Notes: generated by a model not told the origin, from the letters alone. Shown: positions 1 through 10,149, counted from the first letter of the stretch. The stretch: 64,000 nucleotides of DNA from Negativicutes bacterium (GCA_963665275.2 CAXXIN010000018.1:394553-458552), one strand, 5' to 3'. Program-made: numbers and translations.

Positions 1-109
1 TCTGAGGAGTAAAATATATTTCTCAACTCAAGAGGGTTTTATTAGTATTTATCGAAATAATAATTTGGAAGCAATTTCAAATTATTTTACGTAAGGTGGT
101 GGAGATTGG

Positions 110-1831
110 ATGTTCTATCGCATTAACATGGGAGACCTTTCCGTAAAGTCTGAAGCCGGGGAAGGTTACCAAGGACTGGGCGGCCGTGCTTTGAGTTCTC
201 GAATTGTGGAACTGGAAGTTGATCCATCGGCGCATCCGCTAGGCGAAAAAAATAAACTCGTATTCGCAACTAGTCTGTTGTCAGGCACCGGTGCGCCGAA
301 TGGGGGCAGAATGTCTCTGGGCGCCAAGAGCCCATTGACCGAAGGCATCAAGGAAAGCAATGTCGGCGGCGCAATGGGAATGAAACTGGGCCGAATGGGA
401 ATCAGGGGTATTGTCGTTGAAGGTCTGCCCAAAACGGCAGGAACCTATGTCATCAAAGTGACGTCTGCGGGTGTTGCGCTTGAAGATATGCCTGAGTTGA
501 AAGGTCTTGATATTTACGCGACGGTTGCCAAATTGCAGGATAAGTTTGGTGATAAAGTTGCAATCGGCTGTATCGGTACAGCCGGCGAAAATAAAATGAC
601 AGCGGCCTGTGTTGGGTTTACCGACATGGAGGGAGCTCCGACCCGTCAGGCTGGCCGCGGCGGATTGGGCGCCGTTATGGGAAGCAAGGGCCTCAAGGCG
701 ATCGTAGTCGATGACAGCGGAGTCAATAAGCTTAGTTTAGTCGATGAAGCTGCTTACCGAGCCGGCGCCAAGAAACTGGCCAATGCATTGATGACTCATC
801 CAGTTACCAGCCAGGGGCTTCCTGCATATGGAACAGCTATACTGGTGAATATTTTGAGTGAGGCTGGCGGAATACCGACACGTAATTTCAGTTCCGGTCG
901 GTTTGAAGGGGCTAATGATATCGGCGGAGAAACGATGTCTGCCGTGATCAATGAACGGGGCGGCAAAACTGGACACGGATGTTCTCCTGGATGCATGATC
1001 CGCTGTTCTCAGATTTACAAAGATAAAGATGGCCATGTGCTCACCGGGGGATTCGAGTACGAAAGTATCTGGTCGCTCGGTGCGAATTGCGGAATCAATA
1101 ACTTGGATGATATCGCGCTGATGAATCGACTCTGCGATGATTATGGTGTGGATACTATCGATACAGGTGTGGCTTTGGGTGTGTTGATGGAAGCTGGGGT
1201 GCTGAAGTTTGGCGACAGCAAGGGCGCCATCGCCCTCATTCAGGAAATCGGCAAAGCTTCACCGCTCGGACGAATTATCGGCGCTGGGGCCGCGATTACA
1301 GGAAAAGTGTACGGAATGCGACGGGTGCCTGTAGTCAAAGGCCAGGCCATTCCCGCGTATGACCCGCGCGCAGTCAAAGGACAGGGCGTAACGTATGCCA
1401 CTACCCCGATGGGAGCCGACCATACTGCCGGCTATGCCGTGACCGCCAACATTCTGAGCGTCGGCGGCAAAGTCGATCCGCTGAGCCCAGTCGGTCAGGT
1501 TGATCTGTCGCGCAATCTGCAGATCGCAACGGCCTTTGTCGATAGCACGGGCCTGTGCCTGTTTGTTGCGTTTGCCATTCTGGACATCCCCGAGGGGTTG
1601 GAAGGAATCGTGGAAATGTGCAATGCTCGTTTTGGTTGGAACAAAACCACCGACGACTATATCGAAATGGGTAAGCAGGTTTTGCGTGACGAGCGCTCGT
1701 TCAACAAAAAAGCCGGCTTCGCTGAAGGATCGGATGATTTACCTGATTTCTTCCGCACGGAACCTTTGCCGCCACATAATGTGGTATTTGATGTTCCGAA
1801 GGAGGACTTGAACACAGTTTTCAATTTCTAG
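110..1831 (+). CDS. aor: Tungsten-dependent aldehyde:ferredoxin oxidoreductase (AOR/WOR family)
   Basis: 573 aa. Contains KSPLT.GIKESN.GG, GRGGLGAVMGSKGLKAI, Fe-S motif GCSPGCMIRC, EYE, DDYGVDTID and YATTPMGADH; followed by cofactor and tungstate genes. Confidence 0.93.
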   Translation: MFYRINMGDLSVKSEAGEGYQGLGGRALSSRIVELEVDPSAHPLGEKNKLVFATSLLSGTGAPNGGRMSLGAKSPLTEGIKESNVGGAMGMKLGRMGIRGIVVEGLPKTAGTYVIKVTSAGVALEDMPELKGLDIYATVAKLQDKFGDKVAIGCIGTAGENKMTAACVGFTDMEGAPTRQAGRGGLGAVMGSKGLKAIVVDDSGVNKLSLVDEAAYRAGAKKLANALMTHPVTSQGLPAYGTAILVNILSEAGGIPTRNFSSGRFEGANDIGGETMSAVINERGGKTGHGCSPGCMIRCSQIYKDKDGHVLTGGFEYESIWSLGANCGINNLDDIALMNRLCDDYGVDTIDTGVALGVLMEAGVLKFGDSKGAIALIQEIGKASPLGRIIGAGAAITGKVYGMRRVPVVKGQAIPAYDPRAVKGQGVTYATTPMGADHTAGYAVTANILSVGGKVDPLSPVGQVDLSRNLQIATAFVDSTGLCLFVAFAILDIPEGLEGIVEMCNARFGWNKTTDDYIEMGKQVLRDERSFNKKAGFAEGSDDLPDFFRTEPLPPHNVVFDVPKEDLNTVFNF

Positions 1832-1851
1832 GAATCGATAGTTAACCAATA

Positions 1852-1885
1852 GCCTGGCTGGATTGATCCAGCCAGGCGTATTTTC
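1852..1885 (+). terminator. Stem-loop after aor (terminator or mRNA stabiliser)
   Basis: GCCTGGCTGGA-ttga-TCCAGCCAGGC (11 bp) followed by gtatttt. A second smaller hairpin AGCCTG-N7-CAGGCT-TTTT lies at 1909-1931. Confidence 0.65.
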
Positions 1886-1973
1886 AATGTCGATCCCAAT
1901 GATGCATCAGCCTGATGTTGCCAGGCTTTTTCTTATTCTTTATTACAAACACCTTTGTGAAATGAGGGGTTTC

Positions 1974-3215
1974 ATGGATTTCTTGAACTGCATGGAGTTC
2001 GACAAGGCACAGAAACTGATCCGCCAAAGCCTTGAAGGCATTATAATTGAAGGGGAACTCGTGGAATTGTCTGTTTCTTTAGGGCGCATTACCTCGGAAG
2101 AGATCCGCTCAACAGAGGATTTGCCGCCCTTTGCTCGTTCCACGGTAGATGGTTATGCTGTGCGAAGTGAAGATACTTTCGGTGCGAGTGAGTCTGCAGC
2201 GTCCCTCTTCGTGATAGTCGGTGAAGTGCTAATGGGCAGAAGCACGAATCTGGAACTTTGTTCCGGTGAGGCGGCAATTATTCCAACAGGCGGCATGTTG
2301 CCGACTGGCGCAGATGCGGTTGCGATGTTGGAATATACAGAACAACCGGATCGGCGAACTCTTTTGGTACAAAAAATGGTCGCTCCCTATGAGAATATCG
2401 TAACCCGGGGAGAGGATGTTGCGGCAGGCGCGGTGATAGTTGGAGCGGGAGTAAGGCTTACACCACAGCATATCGGGCTGTTAGCCGCCTGCGGTTGTCA
2501 TCATTTGATGGTGCGAAAAAAAATAAAAGTTGCATTACTCTCAAGCGGCGATGAACTGATCGACATTCATGAAACACCATCCATTGGTCAAATAAGGGAT
2601 GTTAATTCCTATTCGTTGTCTGCGCTGTTAATGGAGTTGGGGTGTGAGGTTGATCGTATCGGCATCATTAAAGACTGTTATGATCATTTCTTGTCAAGCC
2701 TGAAACAAGCTGTTGAACGATGCCAAATGGTGGTGATTTCCGGCGGAAGCTCCGTGGGAGTCAAAGATTTCACGGTTCCGGCAATTCAGGCGCTGAGCGC
2801 GCCGGGAATATTAATTCATGGATTGGCCATCAAGCCAGGAAAACCGACCATTTTCGGTATGGCTGGCGATGTTCCGGTCTTCGGTTTGCCGGGGCATCCT
2901 GTGGCGGCACTGACTGTATGTGGTCAGGTGGTTGCCGCCGCAGTTCGTCAAATGACAGGCTGGCAGCCAATGAGTGCTGCGAGGGGCGTTCCAGCTGTGT
3001 TAACCCGGAATATCGCATCGGCGCCGGGGCGTGACGACTTCATTAATGTAAGGCTGAATAAAACCGATGATGGATATACAGCTGAACCAGTCTTCGGGAA
3101 GTCTGGCCTAATCAGCATCATGACGCAAGCCGACGGAGTAGTGCATATCCCGTTGGAAAAAAGCGGCCTATACGAGGGTGAGCGGGTTATCGTCAATCTT
3201 AGGACAGAAAGGTGA
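1974..3215 (+). CDS. moeA: Molybdopterin molybdo/tungstotransferase MoeA
   Basis: PPFARSTVDGYAV, PTGGMLP.GADAV, SSGDEL, SGGSSVG, IKPGKPT and GLPGHP motifs. Start moved to ATG 1974 behind an AGGGG RBS. Confidence 0.93.
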   Translation: MDFLNCMEFDKAQKLIRQSLEGIIIEGELVELSVSLGRITSEEIRSTEDLPPFARSTVDGYAVRSEDTFGASESAASLFVIVGEVLMGRSTNLELCSGEAAIIPTGGMLPTGADAVAMLEYTEQPDRRTLLVQKMVAPYENIVTRGEDVAAGAVIVGAGVRLTPQHIGLLAACGCHHLMVRKKIKVALLSSGDELIDIHETPSIGQIRDVNSYSLSALLMELGCEVDRIGIIKDCYDHFLSSLKQAVERCQMVVISGGSSVGVKDFTVPAIQALSAPGILIHGLAIKPGKPTIFGMAGDVPVFGLPGHPVAALTVCGQVVAAAVRQMTGWQPMSAARGVPAVLTRNIASAPGRDDFINVRLNKTDDGYTAEPVFGKSGLISIMTQADGVVHIPLEKSGLYEGERVIVNLRTER

Positions 3216-3225
3216 GTGGAGGGTT

Positions 3226-5187
3226 TTGCGGAGTAATAAGGCCTATCTGAATTGTCAGACCCGTCAGCAGGCACAGGAGTTATGGCGGCAAAAGTTGCTC
3301 GATATTGGCTTCTTTTCCCACCTACCGGTCGAAACAATTGGCGTTGACGACTCTTTAGGGCGGGTCACGGCTTATTCTGTGTATGCCAGACAGTCTGCAC
3401 CTCATTATAATAGTGCTGCGATGGATGGGATTGCCGTTAGGGCTTCGGACACCTTCGGTGCACAGGAAACAGCGCCGCGGCAACTCAGGATTCTGTCACA
3501 TAATATCCCTTTTGTCGCTGGATCCTGTTATGTAGTCGATACTGGAGATTTGATGCCGGTTGGAACCAATGCTGTCATCATGATTGAAGACGTTCATTCC
3601 GCTTCTTCTGTGGCGGAAATCAACGCCGCTGCATCCCCCTGGCAACACGTCCGAATTATCGGAGAAGATATTGTGGCCAATGAATTGGTCATACCAGAGC
3701 ATCAAGCTATTTCTCCAGTCGGCATTGCCGCGTTGATGGCGGCAGGGCTTGAAACAGTCCAGGTGCTGATTCGACCACGAGTGGCAGTGATTCCTACCGG
3801 CGATGAAATCGTGGGCACTTATCGCGAATTAAAACCAGGAATGATTCTGGATGTTAATTCCCACATGCTTGCGGCCGCAGTACGTGAATGGGGGGGATTA
3901 CCGTATCGCCACCCGATTGTCAGGGATGATCCGGCAGCTTTGAAGCAGGTTGTAAGTGAAGAATTGGCCAATAGTGATATCGTTTTGGTCAATGCAGGCA
4001 CTTCGGCCGGAACGGAAGATTTCACTTCGGATATACTCGGCCAACTCGGAGAAGTGCTGGTTCACGGAGTATCGATAAAACCAGGTAAACCCGTAATATT
4101 AGCGATTTGTGAGGGTAAGCCCGTGATCGGCTTACCGGGGTACCCTGTTTCTGCAATGTTGACGGCAGAGTTGTTCGTCAGGGATATATTATTGGAACGA
4201 CAAAAATTGCCTCAGGTCGAACACCGGCAAATTGATGCAACGCTAGTCCGGCAAGTTCCTTCTACTGTTGGTGTTGAAGAGTATGTGCGGGTCTCAGTGG
4301 GCAACGTGCAGGGGAGAATGGTCGCTGCTCCGCTGAATCGTGGCGCAGGTCTCATTTCCTCTCTGACTAGGGCACAGGGGATTATCAGTATCAATGCTGG
4401 AAGTTCAGGACTAAGCGCGGGATCCTTGTCTAGCGTGCGGTTGCTGCGCGGATCTCGTCCAAATAATAATATTTTAGCCGTAGGTAGTCATGATCTGGCT
4501 TTGGAATTGTTGGGAATTCATCTCAGGCGGCGGCGCGGAGATGTATCACTATCCTGCGCCAATGTTGGCAGCATGGGCGGAATTCTGGCGATTCGCAACA
4601 ATGAGGCGCACCTTGCAGGCATTCATTTGCTGGATGAAACAACGGGTGCATACAATGTGGCTCAAGTAGAAAAATTTTTGCCCCACGTAGCCTGGCGCCT
4701 GGTTCATCTGGCCATGCGGCAGCAAGGGCTCATGGTGGCGCCCGGCAACCCGAAAGGAATCTCACAACTGAGTTGCCTGGCGCGCCCCGACATCACATTC
4801 ATCAATCGCCAACGGGGCTCTGGTACCCGGATGTTGTTAGATTATGAACTGTCCAAGCTGGGCATTAACAGTCAACAGATCAATGGTTATGAAAAGGAAG
4901 TTGGTACCCACATGACGGTTGCCGCTTCGGTTGCTTCAGGCACAATTGACGTCGGATTGGGAGTTCAGGCAGCTGCGAAAGCGTTAGGGCTGAATTTTTT
5001 GCCTGTGGCATCTGAACAATACGATCTGTTGATGAATTTCGCGCCACATGACGAACGGATGGCGCTGATCATCGGTATTTTGCAATCTCCTGAATTTAGG
5101 TCTGATGTTGAAGCCTTGGGAGGCTATGATCTGGGCAATGCAGGAAGATTGATCGCAGTTGGCAGTGGCGGAGCCGGTTTGATGTGA
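3226..5187 (+). CDS. moeA: MoeA fused to a C-terminal periplasmic-binding-protein-like (PBP_like) domain
   Basis: MoeA motifs (AAMDGIAV, PTGDE, IKPGKP, GLPGYP) followed by GSHD, GSMGG and FINRQRGSGTR. Likely TTG start at 3226 after GGAGG. Confidence 0.9.
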   Translation: MRSNKAYLNCQTRQQAQELWRQKLLDIGFFSHLPVETIGVDDSLGRVTAYSVYARQSAPHYNSAAMDGIAVRASDTFGAQETAPRQLRILSHNIPFVAGSCYVVDTGDLMPVGTNAVIMIEDVHSASSVAEINAAASPWQHVRIIGEDIVANELVIPEHQAISPVGIAALMAAGLETVQVLIRPRVAVIPTGDEIVGTYRELKPGMILDVNSHMLAAAVREWGGLPYRHPIVRDDPAALKQVVSEELANSDIVLVNAGTSAGTEDFTSDILGQLGEVLVHGVSIKPGKPVILAICEGKPVIGLPGYPVSAMLTAELFVRDILLERQKLPQVEHRQIDATLVRQVPSTVGVEEYVRVSVGNVQGRMVAAPLNRGAGLISSLTRAQGIISINAGSSGLSAGSLSSVRLLRGSRPNNNILAVGSHDLALELLGIHLRRRRGDVSLSCANVGSMGGILAIRNNEAHLAGIHLLDETTGAYNVAQVEKFLPHVAWRLVHLAMRQQGLMVAPGNPKGISQLSCLARPDITFINRQRGSGTRMLLDYELSKLGINSQQINGYEKEVGTHMTVAASVASGTIDVGLGVQAAAKALGLNFLPVASEQYDLLMNFAPHDERMALIIGILQSPEFRSDVEALGGYDLGNAGRLIAVGSGGAGLM

Positions 5188-5207
5188 CAATAGAGGGGGT
5201 GCGTTGT

Positions 5208-5492
5208 GTGCCAGGATATATTGAAGTCCGTTTCTTCATGTTTCTGACAAAATTATGTCAAGAAAGAAATTGGCCCAGTCCGATGCAGGTTGAGTTGGCG
5301 GATGAGATTTCTGGGATAGCTCTATTGGAAAAATTAGACGTTCCTGCCGAAAAAGTAGAGGTATTGTTGGTTAACGGAAAGGCGTTCAGACCGGAGGAGG
5401 CTACAATTCATCCAGGGGATCGCGTGGCGCTTCTGCCGCCAGGAACACCGGGCCCTTATCGGGTAATGTTGGGTTTTAAAAAAATGTCCTGA
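5208..5492 (+). CDS. MoaD/ThiS-like beta-grasp protein lacking C-terminal Gly-Gly
   Basis: Ubiquitin-like pattern EVRFF...LLVNG...IHPGDRVALLPP, then PGTPGPYRVMLGFKKMS in place of a GG end. Confidence 0.8.
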   Translation: MPGYIEVRFFMFLTKLCQERNWPSPMQVELADEISGIALLEKLDVPAEKVEVLLVNGKAFRPEEATIHPGDRVALLPPGTPGPYRVMLGFKKMS

Positions 5493-5511
5493 TGATATGG
5501 AGGGTTCTGAA

Positions 5512-5751
5512 ATGCAGACGGAGGTTCATCTTTTCGCCACATTACGGCAACATTCGCCAAACAATGCACCTACCGGTGTGTTTTTAGTGACTTTGCCTGA
5601 AGGCAGCACAGTGGAAACTTTGCTGGAGAAGATCGGAATCAGTCCTGAAAAAGTGCACATGCGTATGGTGAACGGTGTAGGGGTAACAGAGGACTACAGC
5701 CTAAAAGATAATGACCGGGTTGGACTTTTTCCACCGATAGGCGGCGGCTAA
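5512..5751 (+). CDS. moaD: Sulfur carrier MoaD/ThiS
   Basis: VHLFATLR...MVNG...LKDNDRVGLFPPIGGG with the canonical C-terminal GG. Confidence 0.88.
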   Translation: MQTEVHLFATLRQHSPNNAPTGVFLVTLPEGSTVETLLEKIGISPEKVHMRMVNGVGVTEDYSLKDNDRVGLFPPIGGG

Positions 5752-6483
5752 ATGGCCCGTTCGGAGTCTTTATCAGAATTGATGTCAGGTCAAATGCCCG
5801 AACGCTACTTGCGCAATTTGGGCACGATTGGGATTGCCGGGCAGCTACTTCTGCTCCAGGCAACGGTTGCGGTTATCGGTGCTGGCGGCTTGGGTGGTCA
5901 TGTCATTGAATTGCTGTCTAGGCAAGGGGTCGGCCATTTGGTAGTTATCGACGGCGATTCCTTTACCCGGCACAATCTGAACCGGCAGATTCTCGCAACG
6001 GAGCGTACATTGGGCATGAATAAGGCTATAGTTGCGGCGGCCCGCGTGGCTGATATCAATCCGGACGTGCAGGTGAAGGCCTGTTCGGTGATGTTGGACG
6101 CAGCCAATGCCCTGGATTTGTTGTCGGGAATGAATGTTGTTGTTGATGCACTCGATTCGATCGGCAACCGCCGTATGTTGTTTCGAATCGCGCAGGAATT
6201 GCGAATTCCTCTTGTTCATGCGGCTATTGCGGGGTTTACCGGCCAGGTTTCCACAGTTATGCCAGAAGATCAGGGCGTCGCGGCTTTATTTGCAAAAGCG
6301 GCGCCATCGGATCGAGGCGTCGAAGTATTACTGGGAAATCCCGCAACCACACCGGCTGTAGCCGCCGCACTGCAGTCCCAGGAAGTGATTAAACTCATCA
6401 CAGGGGTGGGGCAGCCTTTGAACAGGCAACTGCTCTATTTTGATCTGGAGTACAATTTGTTCGAAAAAATTCAATTGGAATGA
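5752..6483 (+). CDS. moeB: HesA/MoeB/ThiF adenylyltransferase
   Basis: RYLRN, GAGGLG, DGDSF..HNLNRQ and DALD motifs; no CxxC Zn sites. Confidence 0.88.
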   Translation: MARSESLSELMSGQMPERYLRNLGTIGIAGQLLLLQATVAVIGAGGLGGHVIELLSRQGVGHLVVIDGDSFTRHNLNRQILATERTLGMNKAIVAAARVADINPDVQVKACSVMLDAANALDLLSGMNVVVDALDSIGNRRMLFRIAQELRIPLVHAAIAGFTGQVSTVMPEDQGVAALFAKAAPSDRGVEVLLGNPATTPAVAAALQSQEVIKLITGVGQPLNRQLLYFDLEYNLFEKIQLE

Positions 6484-6497
6484 GGGTAAAGACAATT

Positions 6498-7376
6498 ATG
6501 CGTAAAATTTTACTTGGTTCTCTATTTGTGTTGATTTTGGGACTTTATACGGGGTGCGGTACATCCCAGACATCGAATCCTGCCCCTGCGCCAGTGACAA
6601 AAACACCTGGCAATGTAAATATCATCCTGGCGACTACTACCAGCACCCAGGATAGTGGGTTATTGGATGTGCTGATACCTGCTTTTGAAAAGAAAACCGG
6701 TTACAAGGTCAAGACGATTGCCGTCGGTACTGGCCAGGCTCTGGCGCTGGGAGAAAAAGGCGAAGCAGATGTACTGCTGGTCCATGCGCCCCAGGCAGAA
6801 AAAAAAGTGGTGGAAGCGGGAGCGGCTATCCATCGTCGTTTGGTTATGCACAACGACTTCATTCTAGTTGGACCGGAGTCTGATATTGCCAAAATTAAAG
6901 GAAAGTCTACGATTGACGCATTGAAGTCGATTGCTGCCACTTCGTCAGTATTCGTTTCACGCGGCGATGATTCGGGAACGCATAAGATGGAGATCAGTCT
7001 TTGGAAAACGGCTGCGCTCAAGCCGACCGCGCCCTGGTATCAGGAAGCGGGGGCAGGCATGGGGCAAACGCTGAAAATTGCCGACGAAAAAGCCGGATAT
7101 ACATTAGCGGATCGCGCAACCTATCTCGCTCAAAAGAAAAATATCAAGCTGGAAATTTTGGTGGAAGGCGATGCTAAATTGCTAAATATCTATCATGTGA
7201 TGGAAGTAAATCCAGAAAAATTTGCAAAGGCAAACCAGCAAGGCGCCAAAGCGTTTAGTGAGTTTATCCTATCTGCCGAAGGGCAGGCGATCATCGCTTC
7301 CTTTGGCAAAGACAAGTACTCTCAGCCGTTGTTTTTTGCTGATGGTGGCAAATCAGAGAAGGATTTTGGACTTTAA
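6498..7376 (+). CDS. tupA: Tungstate ABC transporter binding lipoprotein TupA
   Basis: Lipobox YTG-C; TupA signature ATTTSTQDSGLL, GTGQAL, VHAP and SRGDDSGTH. Confidence 0.93.
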   Translation: MRKILLGSLFVLILGLYTGCGTSQTSNPAPAPVTKTPGNVNIILATTTSTQDSGLLDVLIPAFEKKTGYKVKTIAVGTGQALALGEKGEADVLLVHAPQAEKKVVEAGAAIHRRLVMHNDFILVGPESDIAKIKGKSTIDALKSIAATSSVFVSRGDDSGTHKMEISLWKTAALKPTAPWYQEAGAGMGQTLKIADEKAGYTLADRATYLAQKKNIKLEILVEGDAKLLNIYHVMEVNPEKFAKANQQGAKAFSEFILSAEGQAIIASFGKDKYSQPLFFADGGKSEKDFGL

Positions 7377-7387
7377 GAGGCGGCGTT

Positions 7388-8086
7388 ATGATTTCAGAGG
7401 GTATCACGCAGGCATTTCAATTAATGGTTACCTACGATCCGGAAATCGTATCAGTTATGCTGCTGACATTGCAGGTTTCGGGCACAGCCACAGTATGCAG
7501 CGTTTTGCTGGGTGTTCCGTTGGGGGTCTGGCTTGCACTGAAGGAATTTAGCGGCAAACAGGTATTCAGCGGCCTGTTGAATTTTGGCATGGGCTTGCCG
7601 CCAGTCGTCGTTGGTTTATTTGTCAGTCTGTGTCTCTGGAGATATGGACCTTTGGGCGACTGGGAGCTGATGTACACACCTGCGGCCATGATTATCGCAC
7701 AAACTATCATTGCTGGTCCGATCGTTGCGGGCCTGAGTTTTGCCGCGATCCTGAGTGTTAATCCCAAATTGCGCTTGCAATTGATATCATTGGGGGCCAC
7801 ACACTGGCAAGTCAGCCGGTTACTGATCAGGGAAGCTCGACTGGGACTGATGGCGGCTGTTATTGCCGGTTTTGGCCGCGTGATTTCAGAAGTGGGCGCG
7901 TCGATGATGGTGGGCGGCAACCTTAAAGGACAGACCCGCGTTTTGACGACGGCTACCGTTATGGAAGTTGGCAAAGGAAATTATGATACCGCCATCGCAA
8001 CCAGCGTTATTTTGCTTCTGGGATCGTTTGCTGTCGTAATGTTGCTGACCTGGTTGCAACACAGTGGAAAGAGTGAACGGGTATGA
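7388..8086 (+). CDS. tupB: Tungstate ABC transporter permease TupB
   Basis: GLPPVVVGL and FGRVISEVGASMMVGGN...TRVLTTA. Confidence 0.92.
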   Translation: MISEGITQAFQLMVTYDPEIVSVMLLTLQVSGTATVCSVLLGVPLGVWLALKEFSGKQVFSGLLNFGMGLPPVVVGLFVSLCLWRYGPLGDWELMYTPAAMIIAQTIIAGPIVAGLSFAAILSVNPKLRLQLISLGATHWQVSRLLIREARLGLMAAVIAGFGRVISEVGASMMVGGNLKGQTRVLTTATVMEVGKGNYDTAIATSVILLLGSFAVVMLLTWLQHSGKSERV

Positions 8087-9157
8087 CAGAAATTTTGTCG
8101 TTGCAAGATGTGTCTGTCTACCGGGGCGGCAGGCAGCGGATATTGAATATACAATCCTTGTCAGTTCGCCGGGGTGAATTGGTTGCGTTAGTCGGTCCCA
8201 ATGGAGCTGGGAAAAGCACTCTATTGCAAACAGTCAATTTGTTGCAGCCATATCAGGGAAAGTTGCGTTTGTTTGGCGATGAGGCAGGAGCGTCGAACCA
8301 ATATCAATTGCGCCGGCGTTCCTCCATGGTGTTTCAGGAGACCTTGCTGCTCACTGGCAGCGTCTTCGACAATGTTGCCTGGCCGCTGAGTTTTCGCGGC
8401 ATATCTTCCCGTGAAATCGAGGCTAGAGTTTACAAAGCCTTGGCCGATTTTGGCTGCGACCATCTCGCGCAACGGCCAGCCGAAACGCTTGTCAGGCGGT
8501 GAATCACAGCGCGTCTGCATTGCCAGAGCCTTAGTGACGGAGCCGGAATTGTTATTGTTGGACGAGCCCTTTGCCTCCCTGGACGTAGCCGTGCGAAGCT
8601 CCATGATGGAAGAAATTCGCACGGTAGCCCAAAAGAAGGGAATCACGGTATTGATGGTCAGTCATAATTTTTCGGATGTGTTGTATTTTGCGGAACGGGC
8701 TGTAGCAATCTTCGAAGGTCAGATTTTGCAGGATGACCAGCCTGAAATTCTCATGCGGCGTCCCGTGGATGAGAAAGTGGCCCGGCTTGTGGGCATGGAT
8801 AATATATTGCCTTGCAATTTAGAGCAGGACGGGGAAAAGAGGTTTGTAACATTGACCGAGGGAATTCGCTTCGCCTATCGCGGTCCAATTGCAGCCACTA
8901 CTTCCGGTTTTTGCTGTCTGCCTGGTGATGCTCTGACTCTTTGCGAGGGACAGGAAAAAGACCCGGCTGATGACCGGGTCGTGCTGGAATGTTTGATTGA
9001 TCGAGTGCTGCCGGGAATTGGAACGAATCGCGTGCTAGTCAGGCTGGGGAATATGATCCTAAGTGTCCGATTGCCCCGGGATTGTGCGCCCAGCCAATTG
9101 CAGAGCGGCATTCGGATCTGGCTGCAGTTTGATCCGCAAGAAGCTCATGTGGTATAG
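8083..9157 (+). pseudogene. tupC: Tungstate ABC ATPase TupC, frameshifted as assembled (about 8480; probably a sequencing error)
   Basis: Walker A GPNGAGKST lies in ORF 8083..8502. LSGGESQR and Walker B LLLLDEP lie in ORF 8411..9157. One extra base joins them. Confidence 0.85.
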
Positions 9158-9192
9158 CTTTGTGGAGTTTGGGCTGACTCTGCCGCGATCAG

Positions 9193-10149
9193 TTAGTTAG
9201 TGAGCGTCCGAGCCAATTCCGTGAGTTCCTGAATCGTCTGGCGTCCTTCGAGAGTTACTTCTTGACCAGCAACTACCACGACAACCCTGTTAAAGATTGG
9301 AACAGCTTCCATTTTTCCTTTATCGACTTCCCGCAGGACGGATTGTCCTGACTGAGGCGCTTTACTGTTATTTGCCTGGAATCTGGAACGCTGGGTAAGG
9401 ATCAGCTCGCGCGGTGTGCCTGTGTCAAAGCTTTGGCGGATGATTCCTGCGGCAGAATCATTGACGACGGAATCCGGCGTGCGACCAGGCAGACGCAAGG
9501 CAACTGTGGCAGGCGGAGATGGCGGCGGCAGAAGTGCTTTCGTCGATGCGGCTGAAGCCTTGCGGGATTGTTCTGCTGTCTGAGGGGGAGCCTCGAAGGG
9601 AAGAGCCTTAGGACTGGATGCCGGTTGAACAACTGCAGGGACCGAGGATGAGACGGGGGGACGGTATTACTGCCGGAGATGAAGCCAGGGGTTCTTGTGG
9701 GCCGGCGAAGTTGGCGATGAAGAAGCTGGCATTGAAGCTGGCTGCATTGAGGATTCCGGCGATGACGAAGCACCGAGCGAGCGGGCTTCGGATGGTAAAG
9801 GGCCGGACACGCTTGGAGATGGTACGGTAACCATGGGCCACGACTTCCTGTATGGACGGAAATCCGTGGATGCCGGCAAATATAAGCAAGGCAGCAGCGG
9901 CTCCCAATAAGCTTGAGTATCTCAAAATCCTCAGATTGGGAGCTGGGTCAACTGTTTTTAATCCCTCGGCTGCCCGCCTGTACCTGCAGCTGACAGGATA
10001 TGCTCTGGCGGTTGGACCGGTAGGTCAGCCTGGCGAAGAAGCACGGCAATTTCAAGCAGTTCAGATATTTCTTGATCTGCAAGGTTAGGCGTCAGCCCGC
10101 AATTTATTTTATCCAGTTCTTCGTTGAGTTCATCTATTTTACTGGTCAT
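9193..10149 (-). pseudogene. Putative membrane anti-sigma factor, broken into several frames as assembled
   Basis: ATG overlaps the sigma stop. Helical N-terminus (MTSKIDELNEELDKI...), one TM segment (LLGAAAALLIFAGI), a Pro/Ser-rich linker, and a compact C-terminal domain ending ...VTLEGRQTIQELTELARTLTN. Pieces lie in ORFs 9958..10149, 9608..9925, 9667..9879 and 9193..9498. Confidence 0.7.

Noticed and set aside
1-109. Moco/Wco riboswitch upstream of aor
   Set aside because: No consensus elements were recognised; any leader may lie outside the window.
1863-1973. N-terminal extension of MoeA in the ORF track
   Set aside because: It runs through the hairpins after aor; the RBS supports ATG 1974.
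8411-8502. Programmed frameshift or Sec read-through in tupC
   Set aside because: No slippery heptamer or SECIS-like hairpin is seen, a frame change rather than read-through is needed, and the site lies in an indel-rich patch.
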